Below are positions 35,092 to 52,663 of a stretch of DNA of 64,000 nucleotides, piece by piece (position 1 is the first letter of the stretch; each line of letters opens with the position of its first letter). Source of the stretch: the human T2T-CHM13v2.0 reference genome, Homo sapiens; NCBI RefSeq assembly GCF_009914755.1, contig NC_060946.1. The stretch is one strand, 5' to 3'. The position numbers and the translations under genes are program-made. The notes beneath the pieces were generated by a model that was given only the letters and a program-made list of their open reading frames with translations, had not been told where the DNA came from and did not search any database.

Positions 35092-35340
35092 GGCACATGG
35101 AGGCATTGAATACTGAAGTGTCCCACTTTGTGCCCTCAGGTTGGTGAGGCTTACAGTTGCTCAGGTTACATGAGAATAGGGTCACATAAACAGCTGTCCC
35201 ACTGTGGGCTTGGTTTTCTGCAAGGTACTGAGTTCCCCATTATGCCAGGTGTGTAAGCAGACGCTGTAACAGGAGAGAGGGCAGTAAGTTATGGCAGCAT
35301 TTTTTTTCTTTTTTCTTTTCTTTCTTTTTTTTCTTTTTGA

Positions 35341-35493
<153 letters not shown>

Positions 35494-37507
35494 TAGGTTA
35501 CAGCAGCATTTCTCACTGGTCCATGGACCATCAGCCTAACAGTTACTTGCAGTTGCTCCAACATGTGTATTCCTGGGCCCTGCACAGACTTAATCAGAAC
35601 TTCTATGAAGTAGTCTAGGAGCTGGCATGTTTTGCTACCTAGCCCAGGGGATTCTGATGCACAATAAGAGAATATCCGGTAACATTAGCACTTCTCAATC
35701 TTAAAAGTACACACATGGTCTTGGGACTACGTTAAACACAAATTCTGATTCAGAAGGTTTGGTATAAGAGACTGACCATCTGCCCGGTGCTGATGCTGGT
35801 TCACAGGCCACAGTCTGAGGAGCCAGGAGCTTAGATGATGACTTCAACAATGTAATGCCAGCCCTCACACCGTACACTCCTATGGCTGAAGACTGGACCA
35901 CACACTGGTACAGAAGACCAGCAAGGACAATAGGGTTCCATTCTACCAGGCAAGGCCAGGAGGAAACAAAACCAGTCTCATGAACTGGCTGAATAGTTCC
36001 AAAGAGACAAAAGCTCTATGGGCAAAGAGAGAGATGCGCCTGAGATTTAAGTTTACATGATAAAATGGTAACTGTTATTTACTGAACAGTACTGTGTGCA
36101 GGTGGCATATTCTGGCCACTTTAAACCATTATCTGAGCTGGCATTTACCATAGCCATATAAAGTAAGCACCAGAATCTCCACTGTGTGGAGGAGCAAACT
36201 GAGATGAATGTGGTTGACATTAAATAATATTTGAGATTATTCTGCCTTCTAGGCTCATGGTAGGGCTGCACTTCCTGGCTCCTTGTGGATGGGGCCAATG
36301 AGCTGTGGGTGGGTATGACATGCTAATTTTGGGTGGGGCCCTTTTATTGTGGGTTCAAGCCCCTCCAATGCTACCTTTCCCTGTCACTGTGACTGGCAAC
36401 ATTCAAATGATGGCTGCTCCAACAGCTGGACCCTTTGGTGTGGAAAAAACAGAGCCTCACCATTTGACCTATGAGAGACACACAGCATGCATGATAAATA
36501 AAATTTGTTGTAAAAAGCTGAGTTTTAGGACTGTTTGTTACTGCACCATATAACCTTGTATAGCCTGACTAATACACATAAGTTTCAACAGCTAGGATTT
36601 CACAAGGCCAGGATTTAACCTAGATCTGGTTGACTCCATAGTCTATGTTCACTCAATTCAATGTAGGGAAAGATACTGGCATCCACAAATCTCAGCCGAA
36701 CCACTCTGTCAACAGAATGAGAAGGACGATTTCCAGGAGCTGGGCTGACATAGGAATGAGAGGTTACTCATGGAGACATCCATCAGATCCTGGGGGACTG
36801 TGGTGAGTAGAACAAGAGCCCTGGTCAAGCCTATGTGGGTCACAGAAACCTCATCCCAGAGCAAGCAGCTCATCCCCAGGCCAGCACAGGGATAGGGAAA
36901 GACCCTGGAGGTGACAGCAGAAAACAGCAGCCCCAATTATAGTCTGACCCAGGCTATTGAGCCCACCTGACCCAATGAAAGCCACCACCAAAATCTGGGG
37001 GCTCCAACAGATAGGCAGAACTGATGACAACTGAAGAGAGAGGAAGAGAACAGAGAGAGACAACAGCCAAGAAAACAGGCCCTATCCCAGAGCAGGCCAA
37101 GCCTCACCATGTTGTCACTTAGTCATGCTCAAAGGATGCTACAGGAAGGAAGGGGCACCTGCTGGGTGCTTCTGTAGAAGAGGCAGGCCTCATGGGGTAC
37201 GATGAAAGGGAGCCTGACTCAACAGATGAGGCAGGGCACCCATGGGCAAGAGACCCAGTGGAGCCGCTGCTAATGAAAGAAAAGGGTACTTGCACTATCC
37301 ATGGTTCTGAGGCTAAAGCTGCTCCACCAAGTGGGTCTCAAACATATTAGTGACAATAGCTGTCGCTTTGTACTGAGTGCAGGTACCATCATTATACCCT
37401 TTTCCAGATTAGGAAGCTGAGACATGGAGAGTTTAAACAACACGCCCAAGGCCACCCAACTAACAAGTGGTGGAGCCAAGATCCCAGCCCAGGGGATTTG
37501 ACTCTTC

Positions 37508-40601
<3,094 letters not shown>

Positions 40602-41789
40602 TCAGAGGAGATGCGGCCCTGGATCAGATACTAACATCTTATGTCTTCCCTTGAGTGCTGGGAAAGGGGAGGTTGGAGACTGGGAAACATTTTGCCATTT
40701 GCAGTCTTAGGAGATCTTTGTAAAGATTTCTCCCTCTGGCTGGTTTTGACCAGGATATTGCCAAATTCCACGTCTTGGTTTCTGGATCCTCCCGAGCCTT
40801 TGAGTTTCCCGTGAGGCCACAGCTGTAGGGAGGCTGAGCCAAGTGGCCATAACAACCAGGCAGAGTAGCAGGAAGAAGCAGGGGCAGGGTACAAACCTCC
40901 CCCTCAGGAGGGGAACTTCCCTGTGCCAAGGGGAATGAAGGGACCCAGGAGATGCACAGCAGACCCAGTGCCCTACCTCTTTTTATAGTCCAGGTCCCCC
41001 ACAGACCCCTTTATCAGCTGGCTTACTGTTCACTCCAAGGTCACGACAGTGGCTGTCTGATGCAGGGACAGAAATCCCTGGCACAGCCTCCATGTTGTCC
41101 CTCTGCAGAGACAGGAGGACTCAGGCCTGGCCATGATGCTGGAGTCACCGTGGATATAGGCCCTGGCCCATTTGACTCAAGAACACATACATAACTGGAA
41201 CCAAGAGGCTGGCGAATCCTCTCAAGACCCTGGCCACTTGGAAGACCCTAAGCCTCCTTGCAGGTGGCCATACTAAGCAAAGTCACTTGCAGCCACCCTT
41301 CCACGATGCGTTCTACATCACCCAGCTGTGAAAACCACCCACCCCCATCCCCATCCCCTTCACACTCATGCCTTCCTCCTGAGCTCAAGGGGCCCTGGCC
41401 CAAGGTTCCTTTAGAACCAGGAAGGAGGTTTTGTCCCTCTGAAAATCATCCTTTTCAAACAGAAGGCATTTATCTTGGCCAGGCTTAAAAGACAAAAAGA
41501 TGATAGCTGAGCTCTAGGGCCCATCCCACAGACAATATCCAGAAACCTTCTCCCCACAATTCCCACACCAGCCTCCCAGCAGCTGGATCTTTTCTCCACG
41601 GGATTTGCCTACAAGACTTCTCTCCGGCTTTATCTCAGGCGGGTTTGTCAGGGGAGCAATGTCACCATCCCTCCACCAAATTCACCTCAACAACATTTAC
41701 TGAGCACCAAGTGTGTCCCCACCGTGGCTCAGCCTTCCCACGCACTGTCCTGATTTAACCCCACGTGCTTATAACCCAAGGGAGAATCA

Positions 41790-43267
<1,478 letters not shown>

Positions 43268-45987
43268 AAAAAACCAAACAAGGGGACTGCCATCAGCAAC
43301 AGCCCCAAAGCCCACTGGGCTCCTTGGTGGGTTGTGAGTTCAGCAGCCTCAGCAGGGTGCATCAGTCGAGCACAGCTAGGACTCCCCACAACATGCGTGT
43401 CCCAGGCTGGCACTGAGACACAGCGCTGATGTTGCTGCCGGGGGCTGCTGATGGCACTGGTGCTGGTGCTGGGGTGGCTGCTATGGGTGAGGGGGCGTCA
43501 AGGAAGAGCACAGTAGTGTGTAGATGTGAACCAGGGTCCCCAGGTGGTCGCCTTTGAATGGGCCAATGTCCAAGACCTGTACATGATTGTGCTCTGCATC
43601 CTTGCAGCCAGCCTGGCCAAGACTGGTTCTACCTGTCCCACAAGGTCACCAGCATAGTCCCTGAGAGCACCCTGCTCATCATCCTGGGCCTGGTGCTGGG
43701 CAGCATCATCTGGGTGGCCAAACACATAACATCCTTCATGATGATGTCCCTCATCATGCTAGATGCCAGCTACTTCATCCCCAACTGGCTCTTCTTCGGC
43801 AACCTGGGCACCATCCTGCTGTACAAGGTCATCAGCACCATGTGGAATGCATCCACCACCATCCTGTCCCTCTATGACGTCTCTCTTAGTAGGCTCATGG
43901 GCTACCTGCAGATAGGGCTGCTGGACTTCCTCCTGTTCGGCAGCCTGATCACCACTGTGGACCCAGCAGCTGTCCTGGTTGTGTTTGAGGAGGTTCATGG
44001 CAATGAGGTCCTGTTCATCATCATCTTCAGGGAGTTGCTACTGAATGACTCTGTCATCATGGTTCTGTACAATGTGTTTCAATCTTTTGTGACACTGGGT
44101 GGTGACAACGTGACCAGCATGAACTCTGTGGAAGGTGTAGTCTCCTTCCTTGTGGTGAGCCTGGGGGGCATGCTGGTGGGAATGGTCTTTGCCTTTCTGT
44201 TGTCACTGGTGACCCACCTCACCAAGCATGTGCACATCATCGAGCCTGGTTTCATGTTGGTCATCTCCTACCTGTCCATTCTGATGTCTGAGAAGCTGTT
44301 GCTGTAGGCCATCCTGGCCATCATCTTCTGTGGCATCTGCTGCCATAAGTACATGAAGGCCAACATCTCAGAGCAGTTGGCCCCCACCATGTGCTACACC
44401 ATGAAGATGCTGACCAGTGGCACCAATCCCATCTTCATGTCCCTGGGCACCTTAGCCATGAACCTGCTCATCTGGACGTGGAACAAGGCATTCATCCGCC
44501 TGCACTGGCCTTCATCTTCAGGTACTGAGGCCATCAGTGTCATCCACTCCTGGCTCCTGGACTGCTATTGGATGGTGTGGCTGGAGATCATAGGCCAGGT
44601 GGTCATGTCCTGTGGAGGCCTGCATGGGGCCATGGCTTTCATCCTGGTCATACTTCTGAATGGAAACAAGGTCAAGGAGAAGAACCTGTTTGTCAGCACC
44701 ACCGTCAACATCTTCAAGGTCATCTTCTGGGGTCTGACCATCTAGTCCCTGGTGCAGTGGCTGAAGGTGAAGAGGAGTGAGCACTGGGAGCCTAAGTTCC
44801 ATGAGAAGCTGCAATGCCACCCTCTCGACCACATCCTCTTGGCCATCAAGGACATATCGAGGCATATCAGGCACAATGATCTCAAAGACATGTGGTCCCA
44901 CTTTGACAGGAATTTCCTCAGTGGAGTCCTCATGAGAAGGCTGGCCCAGAAGTCTCCAGAAGGGATCCTCAATGTCTTCCATGCACTGAACCTGAAGGAT
45001 GCCATCAGCTAAGTGACCAAAGGAGAGTGCCTGAGATCCCTGGCCTTCATCGGCTCCCCAAGTACTGATAACGTGGTAAACGTGGACTTCACACCACGAT
45101 CGTCCACCATGGTGGCCTCTGTCTCCTACCACCTGAGGGAGAACATCAGCACCGTCTGTCTAGACATTCAGTCCCTGGAGCAGCATGGCAGAGCATTCGG
45201 TACGGGGAGGACACGGTCATGCACCACATGCTGCAGCAATACCTGTGCAAGCTGGGGAAGGAGTATATGCATCGCTACAGCCACACCAGCTGAGGACAAG
45301 AAGCAGGACCGAGATATCTTCCACAGGTCTATGAGGAAGCACCTGGAATCCTTCAAGTAGACCAAGCTCAGGATCACCCAGAACAAGAAGGCGGCCAAGC
45401 TGTACAAGCCAAAGCGTGCCCAGAAACAGAGAACTCCCAAAGCTCTGTACCCGCTCCAGCACAGCTGCACTAATGCCAACCCAGGCCAGGGCCTGGGCCT
45501 GAGCGGCCATCCTACACTGCTGAACAAAATGAATTTGCAAAAGTGATACCCCAGGCAAGGCTCCAGGCCCCTCCCAGCCCAGCATCTCTCCCCAGCACGG
45601 TGGGGTGCATCCAGAGTGCCAGGACTCAGGGCCTGACCCTGGAGTGGCTGCAGGCCCAGCAAGTGGCCCAGGCTCAAGTGCTATTTTCAGGTCCTTAGCA
45701 GTTTGTTGAACTGCTGGGTCACCTCGTGCGCTGCAGGTAAAGTTGCAGGAATGTCTTCTGTTTGCTCAGCACTTGCGATTTAGACTCCTTGAACCAGCAC
45801 CTGCCCCCTTTCCCTCCCAGTTACCATCCTGCCCTTGCCAGCTTTGGAGGTGGAAGCTCTGGGTGGCTGCCATGCAAATGCCTCTTCTGGATCTGGTATC
45901 GCAAGGGGGGATAGAGGGATGAGGCCTGAGGTGACCTTGAGGTCATTTAAATTTTCTAAATTAGACAAAACAATTAAAAAAAAACCA
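43268..45987 (+). pseudogene. SLC9A3P2: Processed pseudogene of Na+/H+ exchanger 3 (SLC9A3/NHE3)
   Basis: Intronless NHE3 homology ~43435-45435 ([64 protein letters not shown]). Stops at 44305, 44743, 45010 and 45358, plus frameshifts. A-run at ~45976-45984. Candidate TSD AAAAAACCA at 43268-43276 and 45979-45987 after a TT|AAAA site. Confidence 0.93.
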
Positions 45988-46029
45988 TATTCCCATGCCT
46001 TTTAAAAATCAAAAACACGTACTGTTTCT

Positions 46030-47275
<1,246 letters not shown>

Positions 47276-47451
47276 CCTTAGTACTGTTCCCCTTGTAAAG
47301 ATGGATAAATGGAGGCACCATGCATACTGTACGGAACCCGCCCAGGCAATGCAACCTGGGATAGCATGCCCAACGTGCCCCCGTGGAGAGCAGTGCAGAC
47401 CCAGATACCACACCTACCCTGCTTCCTTTTCTACCACTCTGGCCATACTCC

Positions 47452-48111
47452 CACTGTGGGCTGCCCTCCTACCGCTCTCCCCGCTGCAGTCTCCATGGCC
47501 ACCACCAACCTCAGCTAAGCGAAACACGTTGCCACACGCTCAAGCCTACCGCATCCAGCAGGCGTCTTACCCTTCTCCTTCTCTAAGCTGGGCACCGAAC
47601 ATCAGGGTATGCAGACACAGGAGAGCCCGGTAATGGCCTGATTCCTTGCCCCCTCAGCCGGCTTTATATAGGGAGGTTTTGCAACTGAGTGCCTGGACTA
47701 CATATTCTGATTGGATGAGAGAAAACGTCTAGGCCTACTCTGATTGGACTTTATTGTCATGTTCTGATTGGTTGCCTTAAGAATTGCTCTCATCCAATCA
47801 GAACATGATAATAAAGTCCAATCAGAGTAGGCCTAGAGGTTTTTCTCCCATCCAATCAGAACATGTAGTTCAGGACCCAGTGGTGTAACTTCCCTATATA
47901 AAGTATGCTGAGGGGACGTCAGGCCATTGCAGATTCTTTACTGTTTGCCTCCTCAGCGGCTCTTGCCCGGCTTAGAGGAGGAAGAGGCGAAAGGAAAGAC
48001 ACCTCCCTCACTCTGGCCTAAGGCACCACGGCTCACCTCACTGCTGTGGTTGGTGGTTGCTGCCACGGAGACTGAAGAGCCACCGGAGTAGTAGGAGGGT
48101 GGCCCACAGTG
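47452..48111. promoter_or_regulatory. Inverted repeat with bidirectional TATA/CCAAT promoter architecture and two head-to-head first-exon-like arms
   Basis: Left arm 47452-47771, 22-bp spacer, right arm 47794-48111. ATTGG at 47710, 47743, 47767; CCAAT at 47794, 47818, 47852, all in a CCAATCAGA context. TATATAAAG at 47670-47662 (minus) and 47895-47903 (plus). TCAGGCCATT downstream of each TATA. The palindrome is directly visible; promoter function is inferred. Confidence 0.75.
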
Positions 48112-48249
48112 CAGGAGCTGCTCAGTGCCCGGCTTAAAGGAGGAAGAGAAGGGGAAGACCCCTGTCCCAAGCTGGAGGCTGGAGCTCTTGGCACCTCGGC
48201 TGGCCTCTCTGCGATTGGTGGCTGTAATGAAGACTGCAGCCCCGCCTGA

Positions 48250-49646
48250 GCATTAAGAAGGAGAAAATAGTTTTTGGGTAAATGGAGGGAGAAAAGAGAG
48301 TGGCAGGTGGAAGGAGTACAGAGAGAGTAGTAAAGGGGGGAAAACACGGGGGCGAGCAAGAGGGAGAGGAAGTTTTGCGAAAAGAGAGTGGGGAGAAAAG
48401 TTTTTGGGTAGATAGAAGGGGAAAAGAGGGTGGCAAGCAGGAGCCATAAAAGATGGTGGGGAAAAGAGTGGGGGAAAAGTTTTTGGGTAGATGGAGGGGG
48501 AAAAGAGGGTGACAAGCAGGAGGGGGGAAGGAGGGTTGGGAAAACGACGACGGAAAAATAGTTTTGGGGGGCAGATGGAGGGTGAAAAGAGGGTGGCGTG
48601 TGGGAGAGGGGCGGGAGTGGGGAAAAGAGGTTGTTGAGCAGGAGCAGGGAGAAGGCTTTGTGAAAAGATGGTGAGGGGGGAAAGACAAGAAAAAGGTTTT
48701 TGGGTAGATGGAGGGGGAAAAGAGGGTGGTGAGTAGGAGGGGGCAAGAGTGGTGAGCGAGGGAGACAAGGTTTTCCAAAAAGACCATGGAGGAAAATGTT
48801 TTTGGGTAGATGGAGGGGGAAAAGAGGGTGACAAGCGGGAGAAGGAAAAGGGGTGGTGAGCGGGAGGGAGAGAAGGTTCTGCGAAAAGAAGGAAGACAGA
48901 AAAGAAAGATGGTGCAGAAACAAAAAACGTGGGTAAAAAGCTTTTGGGCAGATGGAGGGGAAAAAGTGGCAAGTGGGAGGAGAAGAGAGGGTGGCGAGAG
49001 GGAGGTAGGGAAGAGGATTGGGAAAAAGATGATGGGGAAAATAGTTTTGGGGTAGATGGAGGGCAAAAAGAGGGTGGCAAGCAGGCTAGGGGAAAGAAGA
49101 GGGCGAGCGGGAAGGAGGAAGGGCTTTGTGAAAAGACGGTGGGGAAAAATTTGGGGGGTAGATGGAGGGGGGAAGAGGGTGGCGAGCCGAAGTGGGGAGA
49201 AGGCTTTATGAAAAGACAGTGGGGAAACGTTTTTGGATAGATGGAAAAGAGCGTAGCAAGGAGGGGAAAAAAGACGATGGGGAAACAGTTTTTGGGTAGA
49301 TGGAGGGGGCAAAGAGGGTGGTGAGTAGCAGGAGTAGGAAAAAGGCTTTGGGAAAAGATGGAGGGAAATGTTTTTGGGATGATGGAGGAGCAAAAGGCTA
49401 ATGAGAGCGGAAGGGGGAAAAAGAGGGTGGGTAAAAACTGTGGGGAAGTTTTTGGGTAGATGGGGAAAAGAGTGGTGAGTGGGAGAGTAGAGAAGGTGTT
49501 GTGAAAAGACGGTGGGGAAAAAATGATGGGGAAGAAGTTTTGGGGTAGATGGAGGAAGAAAAAGGATGGCGAGAGGGAGGGGTCCGAAGGCGGTCAGGAA
49601 AAGAAGGCAGGGAAATAATGATGGGGGAGAAAGCTTTTGGGTAGAT
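48250..49646 (+). repeat. Degenerate purine-rich tandem array, ~15 copies of a TTTT(T)GGGTAGATGGAGGGGGAAAAGAGGGTGG-like motif
   Basis: Motif copies near 48271, 48401, 48480, 48562, 48697, 48799, 48942, 49045, 49150, 49230, 49289, 49371, 49449, 49538, 49635; spacing ~60-145 bp; plus strand strongly depleted of C. Confidence 0.9.
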
Positions 49647-52631
49647 CTTTTTCTGATTTTTAAATCAGATTATTTGCATTTTTGTTTTTGAGTAGTTCTT
49701 GTCTTCTTTATATATTTTGTGTATTAACCCCTCGCCTGATGCATAGTTTGCAAATACTTCCATTCTCTGGATTATTTCTTCATTCTATGGATTGCATCCT
49801 CTGCTTTGCAGAAGTTTTGAAGTTTAATGTAATTCCATTTGTCTATTTTTGCTTTTTCTGCTTGTGCTTTTGATGTCTATTTGAAAATTCCTTGTCCTAA
49901 CCAATTTCCTAAAGTATTTTTCCTATGTTTTTTTCTCTAGTAGTTTCATAGTTTCAGATCCTATATTTAAATCTTTATTTTGAGTTGATTTTCTTACATG
50001 GTAAGATAACAGTCTAGATTTATTCTTCTACCTGTGGGTGTTGGGTTTTCCTAGCACAGTTTATTGAAGAGATTGTCCTTCCTGAATGTGTGTTCTTGGT
50101 GCCTTTGTTAAAATTGAGTTGACTGTAAATGTGTGAATTTATTTCTCAGTTCTCTATTCTGTTTCATTTGTCTATGTGTGTCTGTCTGTCATTTGTCTAT
50201 GTCTGTCTCTCTGTCTCTCCCCGCCCCCCCCCTTTTCTTGCCAGTACCATGCTGTTTTGGTTACTATAGATTTGTAGTATATTTTGAAATCAGTGTGATG
50301 CCTCCAGCTTTTTTCTTTTTATTCAACATTCTTTTGTTTATCTGAAGATATTTTGCATTTCCATGTGAATTTTAGGCTGGTTTTTTTTGTATTTCTATGA
50401 AGAACATCTTTTGTAATTTAACATGGATTGCACTGACTCTGTAAGTCATATATTGGGTGACACAGATATTTTAACAATATTCTTTCTAGTGCATGGACAT
50501 AGGATAGCTTTCTATTTACTTGCATTTGCTTTAATATCTTTCATCAATGTGTTTTATAGTTTTCATTGTGGGATCTTTTGCCTTTTTGGTTAAGTTTATC
50601 CCTAGGTATCTTTTTTTGGTGAGTACTGTTAATGAAATAGCTTTCCTGATTTTTCTTAGGTGTTTCACTATTGGCTCATTGGTGTGCTACTCATTTTTGT
50701 ATATTGATATTGTGTCTTGCAATTATACTAAATTTATTATTTCTAGTAAGATTTTTAGTGGAATCTTTAGGGTTCTCTATTATATGATCATGTTACCTGA
50801 AGACAGAGAAAATTTGACTCCTTTTTTTCCAGTTTGGATGCCTTTTATTCATTTGTCTAATTGCATTCTCTTGCCTAATTGCTGTAGTGAGGACTTCCAG
50901 TACTATAATGAACAAAAGTGGTAAAAGTAGCCACGTTTGTTCCAGATTTTAGAGGAAGAGCTTTTAAATTTTCCCCATTGATTATGATGTTAGCAGTGGG
51001 TTTGTCATATATGGCCTTTATTGTGCTAAGTAATGTTTCTTTTGTATTCATTTTGTTGAGTTTTTATCATGAAAGAATGTTGAATTTTATTTTTTTCAGC
51101 ATCTACTGAAACGATTACATGGTTTTTGTTGTTGATTTGCTGAATATGATGTATCACATTTATTTGTTTATTGAATCATCCTCATTTTCCTCAGATGAAT
51201 CTTGCTTGATCATGGCAGATTATCTTTTTATTGTATTGTCAAATGCAATTTTCAAGTATTTTGTTGAGGATTTTTTTGCATCTGTGTTCATCAGGGATAT
51301 TTGTCTGTGGTTTTCTTTTTGTGTTGTGTCCTGGTCTAGTTTTTGTACCAGGGTAATGCTCGCCTTATAGAACAAGTTTGAAAGTATTCCTCTTCATATT
51401 TTGGGGAATATTTTGAGTAAAATCGGTATTCGTTGTTTTAAAAATGTTTGGCAGAATTCAGCAGTAAAACCATGATTCGTGTGTTTTTCTTCAATTGACA
51501 GGAGACTTTTTATTACTGCTTTAATTGCATTACTCATTATTCGTCTCTTCAGGTTTTTTATTTCTTTATCATTCTATCTTGGGAATTTGTTATATGTCCA
51601 GAAATTTATTCATTTCTCCTACATTTTTCAATTTGTATATAAGTGTTTTTAGTAATCTCTTAGAATACTTTGTATTTCTGTGTGATCAACTGTAATGTCT
51701 CCTTTTTCGTCTATCATTTTCAGTTTTTCTTAGTCTAGTTAAAGCTTGTCAATTTTGACTTTTTTCCAAAAACAAAAAAACCCCAGCTTTTGGTTCCGTT
51801 TGACTTTTTGTATTTTTTTTAGTTTCAATTTTTAATTTTTTTCTAATCTTTATTATTTTATTTCTACTAATTTGATTTTTCTTGTTTTTCTCATTACTTG
51901 GTGTATTGTCAGGTTGGGTATTTGAGATCTTTCTACTTTTATACTGCTGTGTTGACTTCTTTACCCTTATATAATTATCTTTCTAGTTTTTCTTTTTTTG
52001 ACTTAAAGTCTATTTTATCAGATATAAGTGTAGCTACTCCTGCTTTTTTGTTTCCATTTGTATGGGATATCTTTTATCATCCTTTCATTTTCAGTCTATG
52101 TATGTCTTTATAGGTGAAGTGAGTGTCTTAGTCAGTATATAGTTGGGTCTTGTCTTTTAATCCACTCAGCCACTTTGTCTTAATTGGAGAATTTAATTCA
52201 TTTATATTCAAGATTATTACTAACAGGTAAAAACATACTGTTGCCATTTTTTACTTGTTTTCTAGTTGTTTTGCTACTCTCTTTTTTTGTTCTTTCTCCT
52301 TTCCTTTCTCTTCTCTCCTCTCTCTCTCCTTTCTTCCTTTCTTTTCCTTCCTCTTTCCCTTCCTTCCTGTCTTTATTTGTAGTGAGGTCATTTTCTCTGG
52401 TAGTGTGTTTTAATTTCTTGCTTTTTTATTTTTAGGGTGTCTATTACTGATTTTTGTTTTCTGGTCAGCATGAGGCTAAACAACATAATTATAACGAGTT
52501 ATTTTAAACTGAAGAAAACTTAACCTTGATTGCAAAGAACAAAAAAGAGAGAAACAAAAAAAACTAAAAACATTTACCCTGTAACTCTATCCCCCGCAAC
52601 ACACACACATTTTGTATTTAGATGTCTTTCA

Positions 52632-52663
<32 letters not shown>

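Noticed and set aside
43558-44307. 249-aa NHE3-like ORF as a functional truncated exchanger
   Set aside because: Its start is out of frame with the NHE3 N-terminus, a conserved transmembrane stretch is deleted, CpG-decay substitutions are pervasive, and it ends in a premature stop.
48033-49393. Three long overlapping minus-strand ORFs (296, 419, 275 aa)
   Set aside because: They arise because the C/T-rich strand of the array rarely forms stop codons. All frames are open and the products are low-complexity P/S/L/F repeats.
48250-49646. Repeat-spacer appearance reminiscent of a CRISPR array
   Set aside because: Eukaryotic context, degenerate repeats, spacers related to each other and highly variable in length, no cas genes.
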